Source of the DNA: an uncultured delta proteobacterium
GTDB taxonomy: Bacteria > Desulfobacterota > Binatia > Binatales > Binataceae
NCBI GenBank assembly: GCA_963842085.1
Contig: CAWJET010000001.1
Location: forward strand, 2,144,001-2,208,000
DNA length: 64,000 bases
Direction: 5' to 3'
Shown one piece after another: positions 20,241 to 30,782 of the stretch (its first letter is position 1; every line of letters begins with the position of its first letter). The notes beneath the pieces are model-generated. The model worked only from the letters and a program-made list of their open reading frames with translations. It was not told the DNA's origin and made no database searches. A program made the position numbers and the translations under genes.

Positions 20241-20366
20241 GGACCTCCTCGAGCCTTGATTCTTTAATCATTTACGATGGTCTAGCGGAACGTGGTCGAA
20301 GGCGAGCGAAAGGCCACTGTCGGGCTGGATCAGAGTCGGAACTCGAATCCTATACCGATTCCGACT
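20241..20366 (-). ncRNA. Candidate structured 5' leader RNA, copy B
   Basis: Homologous to 17296-17420; 5' hairpin AGUCGGAAUCG/CGAGUUCCGACU with a loop containing AGGA. Confidence 0.55.
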
Positions 20367-20371
20367 AGTTG

Positions 20372-20400
20372 ATAGTACACTTAGTTATTTGGAGTGTCAC
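20372..20400 (-). promoter_or_regulatory. Sigma70-type promoter for leader B
   Basis: GTGACA-17 bp-TACTAT in an AT-rich intergenic region. Confidence 0.6.
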
Positions 20401-20497
20401 AATGAATAATTTATATAGTATAACTTCGGTGCCCGTGAGAACAAAACAACTGAATATACTCGGGTACTCATTTTACTATCTTCGACGATTCATCAAA

Positions 20498-23400
20498 TCA
20501 GCCAAGTATAATTCGCACTCGATGGGTGGCGCTGTCATCGGCGAGGGCGATTTGCGCCGGGCGTACTACCAGCGCCTTGCCGTCGAGCTCCATGCTGGTC
20601 ACTCCGCGGCTGACGCCGCGCGGGTTTTCGACCGCGATTTCGTAACGCGTTGCGCCGTATCGATAGACAATCTCGAAGCCCGGCCACTTTGTCGGGATGC
20701 ACGGATCGATCACCAGCGTTTTACCGCGAAGCCGAAAGCCCAATATCCACTCGAGGCCCGCGCGATACATCCATCCCGCGGAGCCGGTGTACCAGGTCCA
20801 TCCGCCGCGCCCGACGTGCGGCGGCATCGAGTACACGTCGGCGCACGCCACGTACGGCTCGACTTTGTAGCGATGGATCCCGGCGCGCGTGTTCGCGTGA
20901 TTGATCGGATTCAGTAGTGAGAACAGTTCGCCCGCCTTGTCACCGTCACCGAGCATCGAAAACGCGATCACCGACCATAGCGCGCCGTGCGTGTATTGGC
21001 CGCCGTTCTCCCTGATGCCGGGCGGATAGCCCTTGATGTAGCCGGGATCGAGCGGGGTGTGATCGAACGGCGGCGTGAACAGCAGCACCAGGCCGTCTTC
21101 GCGTTTGACCAGGTATTCGTCAACGGCCGCCATCGCGGTCTTAGCGTGGAGCGGACTCGCGGCGCCGGAGATTACACTCCACGACTGCGCGATCGAATCG
21201 ATGCGGCATTCGATGTTGCCAGCCGAGCCGAGCGGCGTGCCGTCATCGAAGTACCCGCGCCGATACCAGTTGCCGTCCCATCCTTCGCGCTCGAGCGATC
21301 CCGCGAGTGCCGTTGCGTGACTCCTCCAGGTCGCAGCGCACGCATCCTCGCGCCGGACATCCGCCAACGGTGCGAATGCCTGGAGCGTCGTGTAGAGGAA
21401 CCATCCGAGCCAGATGCTCTCGCCCTTGCCTGCCTCGCCGACGCGGTTCATGCCGTCGTTCCAATCGCCCGACCCGAACAGCGGAATTCCGTGGACGCCG
21501 ACCGCGAGGCTTTGGTCGAGTCCAAGAGCGCAATGCTCGAAGATTGTCCGGCACTGATCGGAGACCGTCGGCTGAAAAAACGATTCAACCTCGCCGGGAG
21601 GCAGCTCCGGACCGTCAAGGAAAGGGACAGTTTCCTCGAGGATACCGAGGTCGCCTGTCACCTCTATGTAGTGAGCGACCGCGTACGCGAGCCAGACGCG
21701 ATCGTCCGCGATACGGGTGCGAACGCCCTGTCCCGCGGGCGGAAGCCACCAATGCTGCACGTCGCCGGCAACGAACTGGCGCGAGGCCGCCCGAATCAGT
21801 TGTTCCCGCGTGAGCGCCGGCTGTGCCACCGTCAGCGCCATCACGTCCTGGAGCTGATCGCGAAAGCCGTACGCGCCTCCCGCCTGGTAGAAGGCGGACC
21901 GGGCCCAGAGGCGGCACGCCACAGTCTGATAGAGCAGCCATCGGTTGAGCATAATGTCCATCGAACGGTCCGGAGTCTTGACCTGAACGGCGCCAAGCAA
22001 GTCGTCCCAGTAGCGCGTGACTGCTGCCAAAGCCGAGTCGTGATCGGCGTCGCGATATTTTCTGATTGTGGCAATCGCTTCCGCCCTGCTCGCCGCCTCG
22101 CCGAGAAAGAAGGCGACCTCGGTCATGGCGTTAGGCCTGAGCGTTAGCCTGGTTTGCAGCGCGGCGCACGGATCGAGCGCGGCTCCCGCCTTGGCGGACA
22201 GCGGCTTTCCGTTCGCGAGCGCAGCGGGGTTGTCAAGCGTTCCGTTGCGGCCGAGAAATCCGGTTCTGTCCGCGGTCCACGAGCTTTGCTGGCCGCTCAA
22301 ATCCGCGAATGCGATCCGGTTTCCGTAGTCGATGCTGAAGGAGTTGCGCACGAGTACCGCGTGAGTTTCGGGCTCGATCTCGGAGACGATGTACGGGGCG
22401 GAGGCGCCGCGCGAAGTGCCGAGCACCCATTCCACGTAAGCAGTCACCGACAAACGCCGCGCGCGCGGTGAGAGATTTCGAATCATCAACCGCGAAATCT
22501 TGACTGAGCCGTCCAGCGGCACGTACTGCGTCAGCTCGAGTGAAATTCCGTGCGAGGTGTGCTCGAAGACGCTGTAGCCGTGGCCGTGTCGAACGACGTA
22601 TGGCGCCACATCTTCGCGTATCGGCAGCGCGGTCGGTCCCCACAGCTCACCGGTATCCAGGTCGTGAACGTAGAGCACCTCGCCGGGACGGTCGCTCACC
22701 GGATCGTTCGACCATTGCGTAATCTGATGCTGCTGGCTGTTGATTGCCCACGTGTAGCCGCCGCCCTCGACCGAAACCTGGAAGCCGAACGACGGATTCG
22801 CGATCACGTTGATCCACGGCGCCGGTGTCCATTGCCCCTCGCCGAGAATCGTTACGTACTCACTGCCGTCGGCGGCAAATCCTCCAAGGCCGTTGAAAAA
22901 CTCGATCTGTCGACGCGGCATCGACAACGCCGCGCGTTGTATCGCGGGTGTTCGCCGCGGCGGCGGGCCTGCAGCCGGCTCGAACACCTCCAGCCGTTTG
23001 ACCTGCTCGGACAAGGTCCCGCGCCGGCTCAGCAACACCGCTCGCGCCACGGTCTGCAGAACACTTCGCAGCTCGGCCGACACCAGGTCGGCGCGCAGCA
23101 CGAACACATTTCCGCATGCGCCTTGCCCGTCGGGCGCTCGCGCCGGGGTGGTCCGAACAAGGGCCTCGAGCGCGATTTGCAGGTCCTGATCGTATGACGG
23201 GGGCCGCTCGTTCAGGATCACCAAATCGACGCACAGCCGCTTCATCCGCCAATATTCATGGGCCCGCACCAGCTCGCGCACGATCTCCATATCGGAGGTC
23301 TCGTCGATCCGAACCAGCACGATAGGCAGGTCGCCGGAAATCCCGGCGGGCCACAGCTTCGACTGTCCGCCCTCGCCGCGCCGCAACAGGTCGGACGAAG

Positions 23401-26400
23401 GCCGCAACGTCGGGTCCGAGTAGAGCACGCGATTGGCGATGCGCTGGAAAAGATGCGCTTCCTCGGCGTCAACGCGCAGGTGATGGAGCTGCACCTGCGC
23501 CTGCGTCCACGCCAGCGTCACGGCGCGTTCGAAAGCGTTGGAGTCGTGATGCTTGTCGACCAGGTCGAGTGCTTCGGTCCGCGACGGCGCGACGATAGTC
23601 CAGAACGCGACGCGCGCGGTTGCTCCCGCCGCAATGCGCAGCCGGCGGCGGACGCTGAAGATCGGATCGAGAACGGCGCCAACAGTATCCGACAGCGGCC
23701 GCCCGTCGATAACCGAAACGGCGTCGCGGAGCTCGCGCCCGCGCCCGAGAAATCGCGCGCGGTCGGTCTCGAACTGTATCTCGCCGACAGACTCGCCCTC
23801 GGCCACCGCCAGGTGCGCCGCCCACACCGGCACCTCGGTAGGCGAGCGGAGCCGCCGCGTCGCCAGTAGCGCTCCAACCTCGGCGTCAAATTCCGTCTGC
23901 ACGAACATCTTGGAGAAGGCCGGATGCGCAGTATCCGACGCTGTGGACGCCAGCACGATCTCGGCGTACGAGGTCACCTCGACCTCGCGCACGCGGCTGC
24001 CGAGATTCGAAATGGAGACGCGCCGCACTTCGGCGTCGTCCTCGGGTGATACCGCGACTTCGAGCGTAGTCGTCACAGTGCCGTCGCGCCGCACGATTTC
24101 CGCGCGGTCCTCGGAGAACTCGACTTCGTAGCTGTCCGCCTCGACGCCGGCCGGCTGAAACCCCGCCGACCAGACCTTGCCGCTCTGCACATCGCGGACG
24201 AAGATGTACGTCCCCCACGAATCGCAGGTGACATCCTCGCGCCATCGCGTGACCGCCAGGTCGCGCCAGCGGCTGAAGCCCGAGCCGGCCGCCGTGATCA
24301 TCACGGTGTACTTGCCGTTAGATAGAAGATGCGTGCGCGGGATCAGATCGTGCGGCGAATGGAACCGGCGAACTGTCGGCGGAGCGCTTTCGCGAACATT
24401 GGCTTCCGCCTTGACCTCCTCGGCCCGCGGGCGCGCCACCGCTACATCGCGCGGTGTCCGCTCCTGGAGCAGCAGCTCGGTCGCCTGGATGATGGGCTCG
24501 GCGTGAAACCGCGCGCGCATCGCGCCGTCGTTCAGCGCGTCGGCAATCGCAACCAGCGTCATGCCTTGGTGATGCGCCATGTACGCACGCACCACAGCGA
24601 CGTTCTCGCCTTCGGGCACCCGCGACGGCGTATAGTCCAACGCTTCATACCAGCCGAAGTGGCCGAGGCCGCCTGCGGCGAACAGCCGCGAGAAGTTTTG
24701 CGCCGCGGCCTCCGGATTGACCATCGCCGCCAGCGCCGTCGCATAGGGTGCGATCACCGCGTTCTCGCTCAGCCCGCGCTTCAGTCCGAGTCCGGGCACG
24801 CCGAAGTTCGAGTACTGATAAGTGAGCTCGAGATCGCGCGCGTTGTAGGCAGATTCCGAAATTCCCCATGGCACGCCAAGCTCGGCGCCGTACTTCATCT
24901 GGCGGCGCACCACCAGCCTATTCGTCTGATCGAGCAGGCTGCCGACCGGCGCGCGCATCACCAGCGACGGCATCAGGTACTCGAACATCGAGCCCGACCA
25001 CGAAATCAGCGCCGAGCCTCGATCGACCGGCGTCATCCCGCGTCCCAACCGAAACCAGTGCCGCGACGGCACCTCCCCCTTAGCAATCGCGACGAAGCTC
25101 GCCAGCCGCGCCTCCGACGCAAGTAAGTCGTAGCAGTTGGAGTCCAGACTGCCGTCCGTGACGCGGTAGCCAATTGAAAGGAGTTGGCGCGCGGGATCGA
25201 GCAGGAAGTCGAACTTCATCGCGTCAAGCATCCTGCTCGCGACCGCCGCGAGTTCCGTCAGCCGCCGCTCGAGTGCTTTGGCCGCGTCGCTCGCACGCGC
25301 GCAGGCAGCTTGATTGAGCGTCGAGTCCCGGCTCGCCGCATCATTATATAGGTCCGGCAAGTCGCCCAGCTTAGGTATCGATTCGAGCTGCGTCGAGCTG
25401 ACATCGAGCGCGCCCGTCTTGACCCGAGCGCGCAACGCCCACGGCTTGAGCAACTCGACGTCGCGTTGATGACTGCGGATGCACGATCGCAGCGCCTCCG
25501 CCCATGCGAGCACGTCGCTGGCCGCGGAGTCCGCGCGCTCCAGCGTCAAGGCGCGCGCGATATCGGTGGCCGAATCGCTGTGAGCCGCGAGCTCCGTCAG
25601 CCACGCCGTCATTTCCACCACGGTCCGCGGCTCCGACTGCGTCAACGGCGCCATGGTGTCGAGCACTTCCTCGAGCTGCTTGGGCGTGACGGTGTAGCTG
25701 CGCCGGTCGGTGCCCAGCGCCGCCAGCGACTCGCGCACCAGCGCCATCGAGTCTTCGATTCCCTTTAGCCAATTCGGGTCCACCGCCGGCCGCGCGATCA
25801 TTTCGCGGCACGCGTTGCCCAGCGCGATCAGATGCCCCGCCAGGTTGCCGCTGTCCACCGACGACACGTACTTCGGATCCAGCGGCCGCAGGTCGCGCGT
25901 GCCGTACCAGTTGTAGAAATGCCCGCGGAACCGCTCCATCCGCTTCATCGTGTCGAAGGTCGCGCCCAGCCGCTCGACCGTCTCATGCGTTCCGAGCCAG
26001 CCGAAGTCGTGCGCCGCGATAATCGACAGCAGGTACAGCCCAAGGTTGGTGGGCGACGTCCGATGGGCCAGCGCGGGCTTGGGGTCTTCCTGAAAATTGT
26101 CGGGCGGCACCGCGTTGTCTTCCGCCGTCACGAACGTCTCGAAAAATCGCCAGGTGCGTCGCGCGGTCAGGCGCAGCGCCCTGATGTCGGCAAGGGAAAG
26201 CACCTTGGCGCCCTCGAGCGGCGGCGGCAGACTCGCCCATCGCGCGACGTCCGGCGACACCATCCACAAAATCATGAACGGAACTGCGATTGCGGTGCCA
26301 CCGCGGCTTGCCGACGCGACGACGATTGCGGCCGCGACCGCCAGTGCCCAGGCTCCCGCCATCATGCCGTAAAACCCGCGCACGTCGGGACGAGTCGCGC

Positions 26401-29308
26401 CCTTCGCCTGCGCCGCGGTCGTCCACTCGAGCATCAGCCTATGACTGACGTACAAGCGGTAGAGGGTGCGCGAAATCGCGTCGCACATCAGCCACGCTTG
26501 ATGTGCGAGCAGGGTCAGCATCATCGCAAGCTGTGAGAGCCCCGCCAGCAAATCCTTGCCGACGGCGAGGATGTGGCTGCGCTTGGAGATGTCGCGGCGG
26601 CGGGGGATGATTCCGGTGACGAACGGGAGCATCGGCGCCGTCGCGATCGTCGCGCCGATGAACGCGGTCCAGATCGCGGCGCCAGCTAACGGCAGCGTCC
26701 AGCCCGCGACAAGTGCGAGCAAAGTGATTGGCGCCGAGAGCGTACGGCGCAGGTTGTCGATCATTTTCCAGCGCCCGAGCGGCGGCATCGACGAGCGGCC
26801 GTCGCGCCCTTGCGAGGTAGTTGCGCCCGCGTCGGAATCATGCGGACGGCCTAAAATCCACGGCAGCAGTTGCCAGTCACCGCGCGCCCATCGATGCTGT
26901 CTGCCGGCGGCAACGTCGTAGCGCGACGGAAACTCCTCGACCAGCTCGATGTCGGAGACCAGTCCCGCGCGCGCGAAAGTTCCTTCGAAAAGATCGTGGC
27001 TCAGAAGCGTGTTGTCAGGAACGCGGCCCGCCAGCGCCGCCTCGAACACGTCTACATCGTAAATCCCTTTGCCGCTGTACGAACCTTCATCGAGGAGATC
27101 CTGGTAAACGTCGGAAACGGCGAACGCGTAAGGATCGATTCCGGCGGCGCTCGAGAAGGTGCGCTGGAAGACCGAGCCGTCGCGCCCGGTCGGCAGTGAC
27201 CCCGTGATTCGCGGCTGAAGAACTCCGTGTCCTTCGATCACGCGGCCGAGTTGCTTGTCGAATCGGGGCGCGTTCAGCGGATGCGCCATTTTGCCGACCA
27301 TGCGCTTGGCGGCGCCGCGCGGCAGGCGCGTGTCGGCGTCGAGCGTGATCACGTAGCGCACTCCGTCGGGGACTGCGGACGCGCCTCCATCCTGCGCAAT
27401 GAACGTGGTATCGGTCCCGCCGCGCAGCATCCGATTCAGCTCATGCAGCTTGCCGCGTTTGCGCTCCCAACCCATCCACACGCCCTCGGCTTCGTCCCAC
27501 ACGCGCCTGCGATGGAGCAGCAAAAATCTCGCGCCGGCAGGTGCCGCTCCGTGACGCTGATTCAGCCGCGCGATTCCCGCCGCCGCTGCCGCCAGCAAGT
27601 CGTCGTCGCCGGGTGCGGTTTCGGTCGCCGAGTCGGTCCAGTCCGACAGCAACGCAAAGTACAGCTCCCCGTCCGGACTTGCCAGGTAATGAACCTCGAG
27701 CCGCTCGATCTGCTCGTCGATCTCGGCGCGCGTAGTCAACAGGGTCGGCATCACGACCATCGTGCGCAGGCTCGCCAGCACGCCATCATGAAGCTCAAGT
27801 GCGGGAATCGTGTTGGGACCGATGATGGTCGTAACGGCGCGATTGACCAGCGCCACCGCCGCATCCATCGCCGGAATGATCGCGACCATCGCGAGGATGA
27901 ACCGAGTCCATCCGCCGACGTGCGCATCCGCAATCGCGAGCAGGCCGCACGCGACGATGATTGCCGTGACCACCGCGATCGTACCCAGGTATCCCTTGAT
28001 TCCGGCCGCCGCGTTGGCGCGAGCTATCCAGTCGCGAACTGGCGCACGAAATCCCAGCTTCGCTTCGAGCGCGTGACGCCCCTCTGAAATGAGGTAGTAG
28101 CCCGGATGATGCTCGCGACGCGCCACCACGCCGTCGCCATTTGGCAGTTCGGACGCCGCTCCCTTGGCCGCGGCAATCGCGCTTTGCGCGACCTCGACTT
28201 CGGTGTGCCCTGAACCTCGCGCGAGTTCCTCGATCGCGTGCCGATAGCTATCGCGCGTAGCGAAATCCATCGCCGCGAAGTCGCTGTCGGCGCGCAGTAC
28301 TGCATCGACCGCGCTCACGCTCTCGAAGAAATCCGCCCATTCGACCGCCGACATCAGGCCCATACTCGTGATCACGTTGCGCACCGTCACGTTCATCGCG
28401 CCCTGCCCCTGATGCACTTCGCGGACGATTTCGTCGGCGGTAGTGCCCTCCGCCGCCAGCCGCTGATCCAGCCACTCGAGCGCCGGCGTAACCTTGGGAC
28501 CCTGATCGCGCAGTCGTTGAACCATCTGCACCGCGAATGCCGCCGGAACAGGTGAGCGATCAAAATCCTTGAACACGACCTCAGCCGGTTCCGCGTCGCG
28601 GCCATTTGCTCCGAGCAGCCGGTCCGCCACCAAGTCGGCGCTCTGGCGTTCGGCACGGCCGCGGCCAATCTCTTCAGCCGCGCGGCGCAGGTTTTCGACC
28701 AGCACGATCCGAAGCGTAATCGCGACCGCCCACAACTCGCCGATCGTCAGCGGCTGCACGCGCTGGTAGGCCTGCACGAACCTGGACAGCGTCTGCGTAT
28801 GGAAGTAGCTGTCGGTATGCGCGACGTAGGCCCACGCGATCCCGAACACGCGCGGATATCCTTCCAGCGGACCCTCAGCCAGCTTGGGCAGTTGACGATA
28901 GAATCCGCGCGGCAGGTCGTCGCGAATTTCGCGAATCTGCTCTTCGACGACGTGAAAATTGTCGACCAGCCACTCCGCCGCGGGCGTGATCGCGCGCTCC
29001 TCCCGGATCGCGCCCGCGATGCTGCGATATGCCTCCAACAACACACGCCCATTCTCGCTGACGCGCGGCGCCATTGGCCTCCCGAGCCCCGGACGGTCCG
29101 TCACGCGCTGAGCAACTGCCAGCGACTCGCCATGCTGCTCCAGGCGCTCGACGCTGAACAATTCGGCACGGATCGGTTCTTCCGTGTGCGCGAAACCGGG
29201 CGGAGGTGCTTTACGCGCACGGAGAAATAACAGACTCAAACTTGCCTCTCGATCCGGGCGACCGGGTACGGGATGAAATAAACGCGAACTGCGCAGAGTG
29301 AAGGGCAC
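20498..29308 (-). CDS. ndvB: Cyclic beta-1,2-glucan synthase (Cgs/NdvB/ChvB; GT84 + GH94-like)
   Basis: 2936 aa; GWERKRGKL, TLDADT, LLSHDLFEG, HRWARGDWQL, SWSGSMFEYLMP, GFRDQLQD, GDWNDGMN, RENGGQYTH. Confidence 0.95.
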   Translation of the reverse strand: MPFTLRSSRLFHPVPGRPDREASLSLLFLRARKAPPPGFAHTEEPIRAELFSVERLEQHGESLAVAQRVTDRPGLGRPMAPRVSENGRVLLEAYRSIAGAIREERAITPAAEWLVDNFHVVEEQIREIRDDLPRGFYRQLPKLAEGPLEGYPRVFGIAWAYVAHTDSYFHTQTLSRFVQAYQRVQPLTIGELWAVAITLRIVLVENLRRAAEEIGRGRAERQSADLVADRLLGANGRDAEPAEVVFKDFDRSPVPAAFAVQMVQRLRDQGPKVTPALEWLDQRLAAEGTTADEIVREVHQGQGAMNVTVRNVITSMGLMSAVEWADFFESVSAVDAVLRADSDFAAMDFATRDSYRHAIEELARGSGHTEVEVAQSAIAAAKGAASELPNGDGVVARREHHPGYYLISEGRHALEAKLGFRAPVRDWIARANAAAGIKGYLGTIAVVTAIIVACGLLAIADAHVGGWTRFILAMVAIIPAMDAAVALVNRAVTTIIGPNTIPALELHDGVLASLRTMVVMPTLLTTRAEIDEQIERLEVHYLASPDGELYFALLSDWTDSATETAPGDDDLLAAAAAGIARLNQRHGAAPAGARFLLLHRRRVWDEAEGVWMGWERKRGKLHELNRMLRGGTDTTFIAQDGGASAVPDGVRYVITLDADTRLPRGAAKRMVGKMAHPLNAPRFDKQLGRVIEGHGVLQPRITGSLPTGRDGSVFQRTFSSAAGIDPYAFAVSDVYQDLLDEGSYSGKGIYDVDVFEAALAGRVPDNTLLSHDLFEGTFARAGLVSDIELVEEFPSRYDVAAGRQHRWARGDWQLLPWILGRPHDSDAGATTSQGRDGRSSMPPLGRWKMIDNLRRTLSAPITLLALVAGWTLPLAGAAIWTAFIGATIATAPMLPFVTGIIPRRRDISKRSHILAVGKDLLAGLSQLAMMLTLLAHQAWLMCDAISRTLYRLYVSHRLMLEWTTAAQAKGATRPDVRGFYGMMAGAWALAVAAAIVVASASRGGTAIAVPFMILWMVSPDVARWASLPPPLEGAKVLSLADIRALRLTARRTWRFFETFVTAEDNAVPPDNFQEDPKPALAHRTSPTNLGLYLLSIIAAHDFGWLGTHETVERLGATFDTMKRMERFRGHFYNWYGTRDLRPLDPKYVSSVDSGNLAGHLIALGNACREMIARPAVDPNWLKGIEDSMALVRESLAALGTDRRSYTVTPKQLEEVLDTMAPLTQSEPRTVVEMTAWLTELAAHSDSATDIARALTLERADSAASDVLAWAEALRSCIRSHQRDVELLKPWALRARVKTGALDVSSTQLESIPKLGDLPDLYNDAASRDSTLNQAACARASDAAKALERRLTELAAVASRMLDAMKFDFLLDPARQLLSIGYRVTDGSLDSNCYDLLASEARLASFVAIAKGEVPSRHWFRLGRGMTPVDRGSALISWSGSMFEYLMPSLVMRAPVGSLLDQTNRLVVRRQMKYGAELGVPWGISESAYNARDLELTYQYSNFGVPGLGLKRGLSENAVIAPYATALAAMVNPEAAAQNFSRLFAAGGLGHFGWYEALDYTPSRVPEGENVAVVRAYMAHHQGMTLVAIADALNDGAMRARFHAEPIIQATELLLQERTPRDVAVARPRAEEVKAEANVRESAPPTVRRFHSPHDLIPRTHLLSNGKYTVMITAAGSGFSRWRDLAVTRWREDVTCDSWGTYIFVRDVQSGKVWSAGFQPAGVEADSYEVEFSEDRAEIVRRDGTVTTTLEVAVSPEDDAEVRRVSISNLGSRVREVEVTSYAEIVLASTASDTAHPAFSKMFVQTEFDAEVGALLATRRLRSPTEVPVWAAHLAVAEGESVGEIQFETDRARFLGRGRELRDAVSVIDGRPLSDTVGAVLDPIFSVRRRLRIAAGATARVAFWTIVAPSRTEALDLVDKHHDSNAFERAVTLAWTQAQVQLHHLRVDAEEAHLFQRIANRVLYSDPTLRPSSDLLRRGEGGQSKLWPAGISGDLPIVLVRIDETSDMEIVRELVRAHEYWRMKRLCVDLVILNERPPSYDQDLQIALEALVRTTPARAPDGQGACGNVFVLRADLVSAELRSVLQTVARAVLLSRRGTLSEQVKRLEVFEPAAGPPPRRTPAIQRAALSMPRRQIEFFNGLGGFAADGSEYVTILGEGQWTPAPWINVIANPSFGFQVSVEGGGYTWAINSQQHQITQWSNDPVSDRPGEVLYVHDLDTGELWGPTALPIREDVAPYVVRHGHGYSVFEHTSHGISLELTQYVPLDGSVKISRLMIRNLSPRARRLSVTAYVEWVLGTSRGASAPYIVSEIEPETHAVLVRNSFSIDYGNRIAFADLSGQQSSWTADRTGFLGRNGTLDNPAALANGKPLSAKAGAALDPCAALQTRLTLRPNAMTEVAFFLGEAASRAEAIATIRKYRDADHDSALAAVTRYWDDLLGAVQVKTPDRSMDIMLNRWLLYQTVACRLWARSAFYQAGGAYGFRDQLQDVMALTVAQPALTREQLIRAASRQFVAGDVQHWWLPPAGQGVRTRIADDRVWLAYAVAHYIEVTGDLGILEETVPFLDGPELPPGEVESFFQPTVSDQCRTIFEHCALGLDQSLAVGVHGIPLFGSGDWNDGMNRVGEAGKGESIWLGWFLYTTLQAFAPLADVRREDACAATWRSHATALAGSLEREGWDGNWYRRGYFDDGTPLGSAGNIECRIDSIAQSWSVISGAASPLHAKTAMAAVDEYLVKREDGLVLLFTPPFDHTPLDPGYIKGYPPGIRENGGQYTHGALWSVIAFSMLGDGDKAGELFSLLNPINHANTRAGIHRYKVEPYVACADVYSMPPHVGRGGWTWYTGSAGWMYRAGLEWILGFRLRGKTLVIDPCIPTKWPGFEIVYRYGATRYEIAVENPRGVSRGVTSMELDGKALVVRPAQIALADDSATHRVRIILG

Positions 29309-29499
29309 AGCCTGTTCCGGCGAAGAATCGCGTTGATGCGTCGCTTAGTGTATCAGAACGCGGACAGAAACCTCCACTTGAGCGCTCGTCCTATCTACGT
29401 CGCTCATGCCGGGATGCCGCGCGCTGTGGCTTTTCAAAACCGATCCACGCGAAAAGTAACCTCCTGAGTCGCCGAGAGAATGCAAATCCGCGGCAGGGA

Positions 29500-29760
29500 C
29501 GGGAGCATCTTCTGCGGCCTTCAACGCGCCCTTGGGATTCGGCTCCGCGATCTGTACGCGACCAAAGACACCTATGTCTCGGTTGCCTTGACCAAAGGCG
29601 TGAGCCTAACCTGGCTGTCCGAGCAGACCGAGGTCAGGGAGAGCACGCTTCGGACGCACTACGGAAGGTTCGTTCACGCGAGCCAAGCCGACGCGTTGGA
29701 ACTCGCGAAGATCGACCCAAACGGGAAGGAGAGTTTACCCCACGATGGGGCAAACTCAAG
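29500..29760 (+). pseudogene. C-terminal remnant of a tyrosine integrase beside the tRNA-Ala 3' end
   Basis: LYATKDTYVSVALTKGVSLTWLSEQT...LRTHYGRF resembles box II plus the catalytic Tyr; N-terminus absent. Confidence 0.65.
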
Positions 29761-29789
29761 AAAAAATCCTTTGATTTACAAGGGAAAAA

Positions 29790-29865
29790 TGGTGGAGCAG
29801 AAGGGATTTGAACCCTCGACCCCTACGTTGCGAACGTAGTGCTCTCCCAGCTGAGCTACTGCCCC
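29790..29865 (-). tRNA. tRNA-Ala(CGC)
   Basis: GGGGCAGTAGCTCAGCTGGGAGAGC...CTACG-TTCGCAA-CGTAG...GGTTCAAATCC...CCA, 76 nt. Confidence 0.97.
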
Positions 29866-29884
29866 ATCCCTAAGCGACCCGGTA

Positions 29885-30751
29885 CTACTGTGAGATAACT
29901 GACTTCAGGTAGGCTCGCAACCTGTCCGCCAAGTCCGGTCGTTTCAACCCGAAGCCGATTTGCGCCGAGATGAATCCCACGCGATCGCCCAGGTCGTAGC
30001 GCACGCCCTCGAACTCGTAGCCGTAAACCTTGCGGCGTGCGGTCAGCGCCATCAACGCGTCGGTCAACTGGATTTCTCCACCGGCACCCGGTTTGCCTGC
30101 GGCGAGCAATTCGAAGATGTCGGGCGTCAGCACGTAGCGCCCCATGATTGCGAATTCGCTCGGCGCTTTCTCGGGCGCCGGTTTCTCGATCATCCCGCGG
30201 AGTTCGTAAGTGCGCTCGCCGACGGCTTTCGCATCGACAATGCCGTACTTCGAGATCTCGCTGCGCGCGACCTTGAGCAGCGCGACCACCGGCGCGTCGC
30301 GCCTCTCCGCGACGTCGAGCAGCTGGCGCAGGCACGGGCGCGGGCAGTCGAAGATGTCGTCGGGGAGCATCACGGCGAAAGGTTCATCGCCGACCGCCTC
30401 GCGCGCCTGCAGCACCGCATGGCCGAGGCCGAGCGGATGGCGCTGTTCGGCGATGGTAATCCGCGCGGGATTGTTGCTGCGTCGGACAAGTTCAAGGATG
30501 TCGTATTTGCCGCGGTCTTCGAGATGGCGCTCGAGTTCCGCGTTGCGCTCGAAGTGATCGACGACCGTCGTCTTGCCGGGGCTGATGACGAAAGTGATCT
30601 CCTCGATGCCCGAAGCGATCGCCTCCTCGACGACGACCTGGATCGCGGGCGTATCCACCACCGGCAGAATTTCCTTGGGAATTACCTTCGATGACGGAAG
30701 CATCCGCGTGCCCATCCCGGCCGCAAGGATGACCGCCTTTTTTACTTTCAT
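29885..30751 (-). CDS. galU: UTP-glucose-1-phosphate uridylyltransferase
   Basis: KAVILAAGMGTRMLP..PKEILP, LGLGHAV, GEIQLTDA. Confidence 0.95.
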   Translation of the reverse strand: MKVKKAVILAAGMGTRMLPSSKVIPKEILPVVDTPAIQVVVEEAIASGIEEITFVISPGKTTVVDHFERNAELERHLEDRGKYDILELVRRSNNPARITIAEQRHPLGLGHAVLQAREAVGDEPFAVMLPDDIFDCPRPCLRQLLDVAERRDAPVVALLKVARSEISKYGIVDAKAVGERTYELRGMIEKPAPEKAPSEFAIMGRYVLTPDIFELLAAGKPGAGGEIQLTDALMALTARRKVYGYEFEGVRYDLGDRVGFISAQIGFGLKRPDLADRLRAYLKSVISQ

Positions 30752-30782
30752 GGCAGCGCGATTTTCCGGGTTGGATGACTGC

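Noticed and set aside
20650-29230. Many + strand and alternate-frame ORFs within cgs
   Set aside because: GC-rich shadow ORFs of the 2936-aa gene with no recognisable motifs
29480-29839. 119-aa ORF as an intact gene
   Set aside because: Its 3' end runs antisense into tRNA-Ala; only the middle resembles an integrase C-terminus
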